A stretch of 64,000 nucleotides of DNA from Yuukianura sp. NJ FZ-2021 (lineage: Eukaryota): the NCBI GenBank assembly GCA_046563655.1, contig CM102286.1, forward strand, positions 2,170,001 through 2,234,000. The letters are read 5' to 3'. The notes beneath the pieces were generated by a model that was not told the origin of the DNA, did not search any database, and saw only the letters and a program-made list of their open reading frames with translations. Of this stretch, positions 12,101 through 24,690 are shown piece by piece. How positions within the stretch are numbered: position 1 is the first letter of the stretch; each line of letters begins with the position of its first letter. The translations under genes and the position numbers were made by a program.

Positions 12101-14559
12101 CATGGAGTGTCCAAAGTGCTCTTTCAACTGGTGCTGGGTTTGTCAAGTCCAGTGGAGTCGCGAGTGCATGGGAAACCACTGGTTCGAATAACTATGGCAT
12201 TGATGAACATGCAGTTTTCGATAGTTTCATTTTTAGACCCTAGTCGAAGTATTTTGATTTTGAAAATACTTGTCCGAACTTTGTAAATGAACGATTTTCG
12301 TTATGAATTAAAAATTGAAGAAGACTTTTCAAACCTGTGTAAAGTCTGATCCGAAGAATCCTTGTTCCATGCCCGACCAAATCGTCAGTGGAATCATAAC
12401 AATTTGCAGTGGTTTCACCATCTGACGAAACGTGGCTGACAGTAACCGTTTTCCACTCAACTTTGAAGCTCCAGTGCCTTCCCGGTCACGATCTTTCTCT
12501 CCATATCTGCAATTTTCAAAATTTGTAACACTTTCTAAGTTTTATAACATTTTTTAGTTTTTTGTTAGTTTCTTTTAGTAGATGTCACCTTGTTAGTGGA
12601 TCTACCAATACCGCCACAAGTATTGCTGCAAGTACAGCACATCCCAAGTATATTCCAGCCAACAAGTACACTTTGGATTTGTTTGGTTGCCCAATGGCCC
12701 CTCCATTGCCCTTTACATCCGATGGACAGAAGTTGACACCACAGAAACTGATGTTCTTTTCCTCAAAGGTCGAATTTCCAGAAGACAGAATTGAAGAAGA
12801 AATCAAATTTCTAGAACAAGGTGAGGCATTCTACTCAAATTCTGAAACTTTTAAAGTTTGATACCTACTCAATTTTTGAAGTTTTCTAATCTAAATTTTT
12901 GTACCCCCAGATCTGCGAAGTTTGGAACGAGAAAAAGAAGATGCCGAAGAACCTAACGATGATGACTTCCGCTTTGTCTGAACGCAGCTCTGCGTATTGA
13001 TGACCAACCTAACAAGGCTCAAAAAAGTTTTGTAATTACTGAAAATTTCTTACGTATAGTTCAATTAACATTAACTTCAAAACTTAAAAAATATTTTGAA
13101 AAGTTTTTTTGTTACTCACGTGAGTCAGATATGTACACTTGGATGACCAAAGTGGAGCTGCGCAGAGTCCAAGTACAACTGCTGCTGGAATCAATGTGGC
13201 AAATGTAGGATAGAATTGAGCAGCAATGTACGATATGTAGCCAAACATGGAGAAAACCAATGTCCACTTGGCGGTAAATTTTTGAATTAAGAATGTTGGC
13301 AAAAACATTGACGACAAAACGAGAGCTGCGTACAGTGTTGCCAAAGAGTACGGCCCAAGACCATCCTAAAACAAAGAAAATGCATTATAAAATTAGTCTG
13401 CGCATGTACAAGTTCCTTTTCGCGCCCTTTTACCTGCGAGTTCAATGAACTCTGTAGATTTGCCATACTGTTGAAGGCAGTGAACATCAGTGTAAAACAT
13501 AAGCTAATCACAATAACATTTTTGAGCATGCGTCGATTCTCTCCTTTACTATACACTCTCCGAGGAATTCCTGCGTTATTGTCTGTTTTCTTATCAAAAC
13601 CTTCTGAATCACCGATAGGTGGCGTTTGGTACACAAATTCATTTTCTACCGAGTACGCCAAATTTACTTCGCCAGTACCACAGGAATTACTTTCGGTAAT
13701 ATTCATCGCTAATCGATTAGTAATTGACTAAAAACTAAGTCAATTGATGCTAAAACGGTACTAAATGATAAAAGTTACTATTCAGTTTTGTTCTTACTCG
13801 GTTTAACGTTACTCCGAAACTGAAATTCTACCAAAGGCATATTTGGAAAAAAAAATTCATCATCACCGTCTACTCTCTGATTAATTTGATGCAATTTTTT
13901 GCCCGTCCAAGATCATTGCTTGCTAATTTGCCAACCTACACCTTGATGAATACCGTGAAAAGTCAATGCTCTATCTTTTGTTCTCGGAAAAAACTTTTTG
14001 CTTATTAATTTTTTTTCGTGCTAAACTTATTTTCATGTCAATCAAATTTTTTTCAGAGTATGACAGTGTGAATAGGGCTTTAGCATGGCAGAGCGAGGGC
14101 GGTTATGACGCTATTGTTGTAATTACTGAAAAGAAGTAAAAGTACGGCATTGTTTGCCGTATTGAAGAGTAAAGGTTAATCCAAGTTAGCTTAGTTTCTT
14201 CATTAGTAATTGATTAGATCTAATTAACCTCATGCTTAATGGAACGTTACCTCGTGATTAATGGAACTCTGAAGGTTGGCCATACTCTGGAAGGCTGTGA
14301 ACATTAGTGTGAAGGCAAGGCTAATCACTCCAACATTTCGCAATATCCGTTTCTTTTCTTTAGCAATTTCAATTGGATCACTGATGTTTCCTGTTTTTCT
14401 TAGAGGAAACGTGCTCTTTGGATTAGCAATTGAGTCTTTTCCACTGTAAATTGACATGAATCGACCCAAGTCCGAGTCATCTCCAGCCATAGCAGAAATG
14501 GAAATGTGCAATTTGTTCCAATTGGTTGAAATTCGTCTGTCACTGCTATTTGTATCCAT
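9200..14559 (-). CDS. UNC93: UNC-93-like MFS membrane protein (UNC93A-type) with two alternative first coding exons
   Basis: Common exons 13365-13120, 13008-12905, 12810-12589, 12506-12335, 9738-9471 and 9402-9200 all join in frame. The first exon is either 13706-13434 or 14559-14251. Family motifs: [54 protein letters not shown]. Confidence 0.9.
10207..12191 (+). CDS. park: Parkin RBR E3 ubiquitin ligase (Ubl-RING0-RING1-IBR-RING2)
   Basis: Ubl with IIFAGKEL and GQQS (Ser65 equivalent). RING0 FYVYC..GKLRVRC..W.DVL. RING1 [41 protein letters not shown]2 [29 protein letters not shown], ending CMGNHWFE* (TAA 12189-12191). About 7 coding exons. Confidence 0.95.
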
Positions 14560-15089
14560 CACTTAAGTCTTTGGATTTTCAAGGTCCATGGAGAAAATCA
14601 AATGGAAAAGGAAGAAATTTTTAGTCAAAAAAGCAAAATCGAACTGAAAACTAAAAATAGTAGAAATTGTAGCAGTTTTGGAAAAGTTTAAGCTTAAGTG
14701 TTAGGCTTAGAATTGTCTATTGTTTGAAATGGGTCTTGTCAAATTTAATCAAGTTCACCTGAAAAAAGAAATTTGACACTAAGCAATTGTATTGAGGTCG
14801 TTGAATTGCAGAGTAGCTTTGACAGTTGATTACCCCTGGAAGGTGATTTTCACAACATAATGACAAAACACATTTGAACAATTTCACACTTGAGCAATTC
14901 AAAAGCAAAACCAATTACAAAGTTCAGATTTTGCTATTGTTCCGCTGAAACGCAAAAGTTTGACCTTTGACCTTTTGAAAACTCCCTACAGAAATTCAAA
15001 AGTTTCACTCAATGTTTCTTTTAAAACTTCATTTACAGAATTTATTAGCTCCATTGTTAACATCAGCGATCAGAAATTATTGCCTGAGG

Positions 15090-16832
15090 CTAAACTAGTC
15101 TCTTGGGCTGTCCAGTGCTGTTTAGCAGCGATTCCGATTCGGCAAGCATTTTCGGCCCACCGCCAATTTTTGTGTGAATGATGTACCGTAAGACGTTACC
15201 GGTCCAAGGTTCACGTTTTAAAACGTTACACCAACCCTGGAAATGAGAAAAATTGGAATGAAATCAAACTGTACCGGAATATCGAAAACCAAAACCGGTA
15301 TCGGTAATTCGGTTTGAATTTTAATGGGTCGGCTTACCTTTGGAACGGCTTCGGTTTTGAATGGAAGCCCTTTGTAGTAGTCAGCTGGTGGCTGATTGGC
15401 TGGAAAAGCGTGATTCACGGCAGCCAGTACTTTCGAAACGTTTTCTTCCAACAAATAGAGACAAGCGTTTGGTCCAGCATCGTAGGTGTAGGCAACCTAA
15501 AAATTTCAAAAATTTCAAAACTTCATTTCAATTTCAAAATTTTCAAAAAATGTTAGACGTTACAATGACTTTTCCAGCATCTTTGTTAATTTGATGAACC
15601 AAGTCGGCTATGGCATGAGAGACGTCGTTCATGTAGACACAGGGTGGATACGTATCCAAGCAACAAGCATGAAATTGGTCGCTGTCCTGCATCGTAATTT
15701 TGGCAAAAGTTTCGTAATCCCGATTTTTGATTGCTTCTGTAATACTTTTCATGCGTTCTGGCACGCATTTTGCGACGCGATGTTTCAGAAGTTCGCTCGT
15801 CATCACACTCGTCTGCATCCCGCTGGTGCTGCTCGTCTTTTTCTTGTTGTCGCTCACCTGAAAAACATAGTAAAAGTTTTGAAAAATACTTTTTTAAAAT
15901 TTTGAAAATTTAAAATTTTTGAAATTTTACCACGAGAATAACGACTCTCATTTCTGGCCAATGTCGCTCATCCACGATTTGTTCCGCGACGGAATCCAAA
16001 CCGTCGTCACGGTTTCCAGCCAGCCATTGAACAAAACCGCCCTCGATACTTCTACAAGCACTTCCAGATCCAGTTCTTGCAATGGATGAAATGTCTCCGT
16101 CAATTTCAAACAATTGCGCCAAAGAGTAAACTGAAATTTCAAAAAAGTTGAAAATTCTGAGATTTAAAATTTTTCTTTTACATTTCTAACCAAGACAAGC
16201 ATATCCTGCTGCTGACGATGCCAAACCGGCGGCCGTTGGGAAATTATTTTCCGAGCAAATGTGAACTTTCCATCCAATTTCCTCTGTCGTCAGCTTCTTT
16301 TGTGCTTTTGCCCTGGCCTTGACTATAACATTTCAAAATTCAATTGAGTCTCAGATTAACAGATTATGAAAAAAGCTTTTTTTTTTAGTTTCCTGTTTTT
16401 TGAAACTTACTTTCCGTAAGGCAGTTTTGAAGTCTTACATTTCCCATTGACTCTTCCTTGCCATTGAGCCAAATTCGATCAGAAGTAAACGATGGATCGA
16501 TGGCCACCGTAGTTTTAGAACACATCTAAAAAATATTTTAAAACGTCTCTAAAAAATTCAACAAACAAGTCCACAAATTCAAAAAAAAAGTTCACAATTT
16601 TTGTTTCGTGTTCCAATTACCTGGTCTGTGCTAAGTGTTCCACTTAGCGAGTCGTTCAGTGGCAAAATGAGTTCTTCATTTCGCTTTCCCCCTAAAATTA
16701 AAAGATTTAGAATTATCATACTCCAAAGACATATTTATTTTTCAAAAATACATTTTTTTTCAAAAAATATCTTGACTTACAGTATTTAATTACAGCAATA
16801 TTCACCGGAGCAATACAAGTAACGAACTTCAT
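15090..16832 (-). CDS. MVD: Diphosphomevalonate decarboxylase
   Basis: Motifs [76 protein letters not shown] and YTYDAGPNA across ~8 exons. ATG at 16832, TAG at 15092-15090. Confidence 0.95.
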
Positions 16833-18238
16833 GTTTCACTAATTTTCAATGCGTTAGTTGATTGGTCAGCTAACTTCAAATTTCTCCGATCAGTAGGTGT
16901 ATCCAAAAATTTTGAAAACTAGAACAAAGTAATATGCGGAGTTAAAATTCTTAAAGGCGCATCCACGACCGGCAGCAAATCAAAAACTGGTTTGAAATTT
17001 CCAGCAGTTTACAATGGAAGTTCCCAAAGGAAGTGAGTGTGATGCTCTAAGATCTGAAAGTAAAGTGGTTAAGGAAAACTGTTTTTTCCCACGACTAAAA
17101 TCCCACTGACCTTCAGATCAACATTATTACACATCAATGCTTTTAAGAAAAAAAATGTAGGTGTTTCGCACGTACTACGTCAATTATTAACACAACCTTT
17201 AATGTTCAAATTTTTATGTCCTTGCGATGCTTACGTTCAGAATTTCCCAAAAACAACTTGTAAAAAGCAAAGTTTTTTTTTTAGTTTGCTTTGGACTTAG
17301 AATATTTCCAAAAAGCTTCCGGGTCATCGATGTTAAATTTGCAACTTACGATAGGTGACGCGCATAAGTAACCGAACGTAAAATCAACTGGCCATTTAAA
17401 AAACAAGTTGAAGTCCACAACTCCTGTGATGGCAATGAACACATTCAGCCGTTTCTTCCGTGTCTAAAATAGATAATTAAAAAGTTAATTGAAATTTTTA
17501 AGTAACTATTAAAATATGTTTGCAATTAAAAAAATAGTTGGCGTGAGATATCAATGTGTTTTGACCTGACGATATGCTTGGAACAGGTTAACATTGGCAA
17601 CCGTTACACGCTGATTCTCCAAAAGCCAAAACATCCCACGGAGAATTCAGTAACGATCCAGAACTATTAAATCAAAATTAAAGCATAATGATTAAAAATA
17701 ACATAAAAATCATTAATGATTTGATGTGTTTAAACTTACTCCGTTCATTACGAGTACAGTAATTGCCCATGACATTTTTACTCAGGTTGTATTCGTTCGT
17801 GAATGAAGTTTCATGCTGATTGATTCTAATAATATTTAAAAACACATCCACCACAACTTCAAAATTCAATTTTGATAGGTCTGATGAAACTAATTTAAGA
17901 TTACAAGTGCAACATATCAAGTGAAGGAAAAAAGTTATAAGTATAAGGTTATCGGCAAAACAAATATATATGTACTACTAGTGTCTAAAATCATTAACAG
18001 TTTTGTTCTAATCGGACAACCTTCCTTGCAAATATTGAACTAATTTTAAACCAAGTTCATGACCTCGTCATGCAAGACAGAAAAATCTCTGGGGACCATG
18101 TTTTATACGTTTAATACCACTTCTGTTTCATGCGATGGTATAAAATTGAACTGTCGGAATTTTTGACGATGAGAGATTAGTCTCTAACCGATTACTTCGC
18201 TGGTTGTGCTGAGTGAGTTACTATATCTTCTTAAGCGG

Positions 18239-18686
18239 TTATTTCCCGAACCCTCCGCGACATGGTGGGCTTGGTTCGATTACTTTCGTAGCCATCTTTT
18301 CCCATTCTTCTGGCGTTTTGGCGATGATTGAAAGTGCATGAAGACCTCTGTTATCCATTTCGTCTTTCAGAAGACCTTGTATCTAAATTGAAAAGTAATC
18401 ATGATAATTTGTCTAAGTTCTAGGCAAAACGAACTCCAATGTTAGAAGCACTCACGCGTTGTTCCCGTTTTACTCGTGACACTCCGACAAATTGTGGAGT
18501 AACAACTACAATCTTGAGATGTGTTTCTGACCCAGATGGAACACCATGCTTGTGTGACTCGTTAATTATTTCAAGGTGAGTGGTAGCCAGTTCGGTTTGG
18601 AACAAATCGGTGATTCTTTGAGTCCGTTCTCCCATTATTCTTGATGTCGATCTTAGACTTGTTAGAAATCTTCGTGCAATCAACAT
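18239..18686 (-). CDS. BOLA1: BolA1-type protein with probable mitochondrial presequence
   Basis: Two exons. Motifs LEIINESHKHGVPSGSETHLKIVVV, LHALSIIAKTPEEW and C-terminal SPPCRGG. The N-terminus (MLIARRFLTSLRSTSR) is Arg/Ser-rich and lacks acidic residues. Confidence 0.9.
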
Positions 18687-19499
18687 CCAATTAGTTACCC
18701 GCCGGAACTGAAGACTCGAAGACCGATACTGACTGCCTTTTTATGTTAAGTTTACAAATTACAATTTCAAATGGTGTCAATTTAAGACGATTTAAGCCGA
18801 TTTAAAAACACTTACCACAGGAACTTTTTGGTACTTCAATTTGTGTCGACCGTTCCAGTAGATTTTACAATTCAACCAATTATAAGTACATAAAAGATTC
18901 ACGTTAATTAATTTAGAATCTAACTCAGTCAATTTAGAAATGAAAATGCATGGAACTGGAACAAAATGAATTTGAAAATGAACTTTTCGGGTTTTGATTT
19001 TACTCGAACTTTTTTAAACTGGTTCGCGCCAAAAAGTTGCGTAAAAAAAGTGGTGTGAGACGCGCAGTCATCGTCCTGTCTTTTCTAGAAACAATAACTT
19101 AAGCATAATGTGTAATATTTTTTTCATGCTTTTACATGTTTGTACTATTATATTTTTATTAGATGTATGGTTAATCCCATAGGTAACCCAACGATATATT
19201 TGTCTTATCAATTTTTTTTACTTTAATTTCCGTGTGTTATTGTCCATACCACATTACATTCACCACACCACATGTAATCGTAGTTTATGTAAGAATACGA
19301 CGTTGCAACGTTTTGTACAACTTAGAAACGCAACTTTTAAAAAAAATTCACTCTCATTCTCAAATCTCAAATACTTGGAAATGCACTTGCGTCCTTATTT
19401 GTGTAATTTACTTTTACTCCTTAATGCTACTTCGACATTTGATGCCTACGTGACATTTTCCACGTAGTAAGTAGTTTATGTGTTTAGACGCAAGTTGAG

Positions 19500-21800
19500 T
19501 CACTCAAGCGGAAAGCAATAATATTTTGAACCTGAAAGGACGCAGACGTCCAATTGATTTTGGGCGTTTGTTGAGCCTGGACTTGACATAAACAACGCAC
19601 AGACTGGTCGATATTTTGTAGGAGGGGCAGACGGGTGCCAATGCCATTGTCATTTGCCACTGTTTATAGCATTTTAGAAGCGCATTTGGCATAAAACCAT
19701 GAGGAGAATTCTGTAGAATTCGTAAACTTTTAGAAACATTTTTCAGACTTTAGTAATATTCGCAAGTTGGCGAAAATTAATTACCCCAAGGCAAAACTGT
19801 AAAAGCTGATAAAAAAGGATTTTACGTTCTTTGACACTTTGACATATGACTGTGACTCATTGGTCTACGACTTATGAGTAATGTTCCCATGGTTTAATGT
19901 GTGAACTTCGTAAGCGGGGTTTTTTACAATTTTGGCACGTATCACAATATAGTGGAACAGTGGATACGGGCATAGATAAGCAAATAAACAAAAACAACAG
20001 TTTGTACTTACTATCTGGATAAAACCAATGCCTGCTTTTAGACAACATGACCTTCCCAACATTTTGAACTTTGTATGATCTGTGACCCCGCCTATGAGTA
20101 ATATTCCCAGGTTTTATGGTGCGACCATCGCAAGCCGGTTTACACCAACTTCGCCACAACGTACCCCCCATATAGTGGATACGGACGCAGATAAGGAAAT
20201 TGCAACATAACAAACCGTTATAATCTGGACCCAATGTTTACTTCCACAGAACGTGACCTTGCCAAACCCCCAGATCCTTACCTATTCCACCGAATTCAAT
20301 GTTGGTCCATAGCGCCAATTTTTTCGACGCAACAGCAAAAGAGATCTTGAACGTCTTATATATGAGGGGTTGGAGCCAAATGCTTCCTATACACTATAAC
20401 GTTAAACATATACTGGTTGTAAAGCGGTTTTTACCACTTGCACTATAAGTACTATAAGTTATGTCGGATGCTCAATGGAAAAGGGGAAGTGCGTTGTATC
20501 GTCTCGACTAAAACTCCAACGGATCGTTTCTTTGCTTCTTCAGTTCTTATGAAACCGTCTTCCCGTCGATTAACCGTTGCAAAGAATAATTACCACTGAA
20601 AGTTAACTACTCTACGTTTTCAAAACGGAAAACTTCAACTTTTCTGAAAACTACACTTAACTTTGAGAACTTGAACATCAACTGGTGGTAAGCTTTCAAA
20701 TTTATTCTATAAATATTACAAGCGGGACAAATTTTTGTCCATATTTTGATTCATTACGACTACACAAACCGTACGTGTAGTTGGTGTACGTGACGTACAC
20801 CAAATATTCAAATTTCAAGGACGACGATTTACAAACGCAAGAAATTTTTGCAAGTGTAGAACAATTGTCAGACATAAACAATTGTTTTTAACACTATTAA
20901 TTCACTTTAGTTTACTTAGCTCTGCTTAATTGTAAACCTATTTAACTTAGCTGCGCACAACTCGCAAGCGCAAACAAAGAATGCCATACTCTAGCAATTG
21001 TTAACGAAGTTTTCAAAAAATTTGAAAACTTAGCGCCAATTTTAGAGAAAGGTTTTCAGATTTGACTTAGATTTACCGTATTCAGCAAATAAGAATACAA
21101 ATTTATGGTATACATAAATTAATGTTAGAACTTATAGCCTATAGAGACATTTTAAAAGAAATTGAGTAGATCATTGTGCCGTAACCGGCGCATGAGTAGT
21201 AGTGACATTAGAAAACGCAGGTAGTAATTAACTTTAGTAGAAGCATTCTTAATTGTCGTGATAATTTAGTAGCTAGAACTGGATTTGAACTTATTAATTT
21301 CGTTAACTAGAAGGAACTGGACCGGTTCCAAAATCCCACATTAGGATAAACGAATGTTCTGGAAATACACAAACCAAAACCAAAAGTCTAGAGCGGTTAA
21401 GATTATTTACTGCATGACGCAAACAGTGTTGTCTCAAAACGTTGTTGTGCCCGTGTAGCCCGTGGTAATTGGTTGTTCTAAGATAAGTTCGGACGTCTAA
21501 GGGCAAACCTTGACCTCCCTTTTGCTCCCCAACGTCAACACAATTCTTTTTTTAATAGCTGTCGAAAATAGCTCTTCTCCATCTTAAATTTGCCATGTTC
21601 CGTTTTTGTTCCCGTGTCGAAGTGTTTTACCGCTTAAAATGCATCGCTTGTGACTGAAACCTTAATATAGCAGCTCACAAAAGCGATGCTGTTCGTTGCC
21701 AATTTGCATCATCAGCGATGGCCACGCCTCTAAAAATTCTTGACGCCTAACCATAAAATTGCTGATTTTGGCACAATCTTACCTAAATTCGTCTTGACTA
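19500..21800 (+). pseudogene. Probable decayed relic of an FN3-repeat receptor tyrosine kinase
   Basis: Interrupted frames with an FN3-like GLEPNASYTL (starting 20367) preceded by two ~225-bp diverged repeat modules. Kinase-like fragments follow: RAVK, NVV..IGC, a degenerate HRDLAxRN-like stretch and KIADFG (21755-21772). Many stops and frameshifts. Confidence 0.35.
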
Positions 21801-21944
21801 ATAAACTCATGATGTCCAAATTTTTTTTTGTTTACTTCATAGCATCGTACCGTAACGAGTGCGTCAGCCAAAAATACACTAGGATTTTGATAAAGCCTGG
21901 TTCAAGTTAAAAGACTTTTTAAAGGAATTAGCGTTCAAGTGGTA

Positions 21945-22268
21945 CCGTAAATTTCCAAATAAGTACCCCGTCCAAAATAAAGCCCTTCTAAATAACATCC
22001 TTTAACCTATTGCAGAAAAAACTCTCATTTCGCAACACGCTCTGATTGGTTGGTTTGAAAAAGCAATAGCTAGGAGAGGCGGAGTTAAATGTTGCGTATT
22101 GAGGGGTTTTACTGTAGTACCTCTCACTGGAAATTTACGGTAACCGCTCATTTCGCAACACGCTCTGATTAGTAGTCGGTTTGAAAAGAAGTAAGTAGGA
22201 GAGGCGGAGCTAAATGTTGCACAATGAGAGGTTCTACTGTAGGGCTTCTCACTGGACCTTTACGGTAA
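21945..22268. mobile_element. Nested TA-flanked MITEs (pogo/Tc1-mariner-type ends) with tandem duplication of the right part
   Basis: Outer element TA|CCGTAAATTTCCA (21945) ... TGGAAATTTACGG|TA (22140). Inner element CAGAAAAAACTCTC (22013) ... GAGGGGTTTTACTG|TA (22114). The ~123-bp segment 22024-22146 is repeated at 22147-22268. Confidence 0.7.
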
Positions 22269-22543
22269 ACTGTTTGGAAGTGGTGTAGGCTTAGCGGTCA
22301 TATATCACACGATGATAACACTTGGACTTGACGCGTGGTTGCAACATTTTTGTCACTTGGCCAAGATTAACTTTGTTCTTCGTTTATTTGCAGGAAGTAA
22401 CTTGGAACGAATCTACTTGGGAGCCGAACCTTCCCTGGGAAATTTAAATTTGAAAACGGCGCCAGAATTCTGCAGTCGTTCAGCAACTTGGAAACTAAAA
22501 ATTTAAACAAGGCGCATTCCATTGTCAGTAGATTGAAATCATC

Positions 22544-23172
22544 ATGGCCTTCATGATGCCTCTCGTAAAACAAAACTACAGTCTGTACAATACGCCAGGA
22601 GGAGCCAATGGGACTGGAACTGTGCCAGTTGCAGTGCCGCGCAGAGTTCGAAAAAATTCGGATCAGTCAGATAGACGACCTCCCGGTACTGCCAATAACA
22701 GAGTCGTTTTGCGAAGGAATGCCAAGTCGGAAGGAGCCAGCTTCAGCCCATCTCCGCCTGGACAGCACAATGGTCGAAATGCGCAGACTCAGTCGTCCAA
22801 ACCGGTTGAAATTCGACGTGGCCGGTTCTCGATGCCGCAGTTTCTGTCACCGCAATCATCGTTTCGGAAAGCTCCTGCAAAGCTACGACAGACGTAAATA
22901 CCAAACTTTAAAAAAATTGGAAACGTTTTTTTTCTTGAAAATTTGAAAATTTTGATTTTTTTTTTTTTGATTTTAGAAACAGTGTGCCGAATCCAACAAA
23001 ATCCCCTCCGGCCAAACCAACATTTTCTCCATCTTCGCGCTCAAGTTTGTCTTCAGCTTCTTCATCCGACTCAATCAAGGACACCAACAACGGTTTCCAA
23101 TCGCGACTGCTCATGCGGCTGCGCAAGACGCTTGGCATTGGTCACAAGGAACCTCGTCCAACCAGCTCATAG
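22544..23172 (+). CDS. Small Ser/Pro/Arg-rich uncharacterised protein (2 exons, ~181 aa)
   Basis: Exons 22544-22893 and 22977-23172 join in frame. The N-terminal MAFMMPLVKQNY and C-terminal FQSRLLMRLRKTL resemble the terminal motifs of a conserved uncharacterised arthropod protein (recalled, unverified). Confidence 0.75.
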
Positions 23173-24264
23173 TTCCTGTCCACTTGAATAGGGAAATTTG
23201 CAAACAAGTTTTGTACTAAATTTCCACACCGAGTTTTCATTGTAGATTTCTTTTCAAACTGGAGCGTCCCGTCATGCGCATGCTTGAAACATTGTTAGCT
23301 TGGTAGCTTATGAAGTTGGTTTCTAACAAAAACCAAAAGAAGACTGAATTGTTGTATGAAAATGAAATCCTAAAAGTTACGTTTTTGCAAAAGTTGACCT
23401 AAAAAGTTAAGCAGCCTAACTTTTAGTAGGTGATTTGTTTACTCCTGCTATAAGTAAGGATTATATGTTAACTTTTACTTTATGTTACACTTTTACTTGT
23501 TAATTTTAACTTTTTAATTCCCACCATGTAATTTTACTTCTGTATGTTAATTACTCAATATAACTTGCTCAGTGTTAACTGAATATTGGACGTTGCTTTT
23601 TTGAAAATGTCGTCATGGTCACAACCTTGGCTATCATCGCCTGTACCTGTGCTGCGATTAGTGTCGTGCTTCATGTCATCCTAAAAATGTCTTTTGGATC
23701 AAATCCAAAAGTCATTTGAATTACAATATGGTGCTCATTTGGACGAATCCTTAACATAATTTTAATTAAACTAATTAGAATTTTGTTTAAAATAATGTTA
23801 AGTGCCTCAAGTTTAAATTGTATTCATCGTTACAGCAGGCAATATTACATGAACTACTATGTACACTACTGCATCAGGCAGTCTCGTGTAATACTTAACA
23901 GCTCCACTCCATTTAATAACATTAGTTCTACGTAAAGTGTTTGACTTTTTTTTATTAATTAGCACTGTTAATTAAAATCTTTAATCACTTTTCAGTTACA
24001 TTAGAATTTTCAGTTTATTACTCTTAGTTGTTTTTAATACAGCAAGTTTAACAACAGGAAAACTATGATGAAATTGAAAATTGAATAATACAAAATCGTT
24101 TCTTCTCTCCTCAGTCTTTCAAGTTTTTGATTCAAGTAGTGAGTGAGTTAACAGAATTTGTAAAATTGGGAAGAAATTAAAGTTAAAGTTAAGTTAAAGT
24201 TATGCAGTCAAGCAAGTTTAGGAGAAAAACAAAAACATAGGAGCATGTGCACCCATCTAAAAAT

Positions 24265-24690
24265 TTATCCAAAAAGATTTGCGAAATTCGGAAGTGGGAT
24301 GGCCGGAAATTGTCCGAAATTTCCGGGAGGTGACGAGTGAGAAGATGAAGAAGTGAAAGATGCCGACGTATGCATTCCAGTACTTTTTCCTGTTTGAACA
24401 AACGTAGTTTAGAACAAGAAGTTAAAAAAAAAGAGTTTTTTTTTGTTGAAATTTTTTGAAATTTTACCGTAAATTGTCGAAGAGGCGCCGTTATGGTTGC
24501 AGTACCACACTGGACAGCATCCGTCATCTCGTTCGTAGCTTGGAGTGCACTGTGCACCAGGAAGTGGCGGGGAACATGAGACGTTTGGACAGCGAGCTCC
24601 ATCTGGTCTGGGCTGTTCGTACTGCGGAGATGCTGCTGGATATGCAATGGCGACGCTGAATAGAAGCGCTGAAAGTATGATCAATTGCAT
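24265..24690 (-). CDS. Small secreted 6-Cys protein (115 aa) with a VWC-like CCPxWxC motif
   Basis: Exons 24690-24468 and 24389-24265. Signal peptide MQLIILSALLFSVAIA, then CPNVSC..C..CCPVWYC, then a Ser/Pro/Phe-rich tail ending ANLFG*. Confidence 0.8.
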
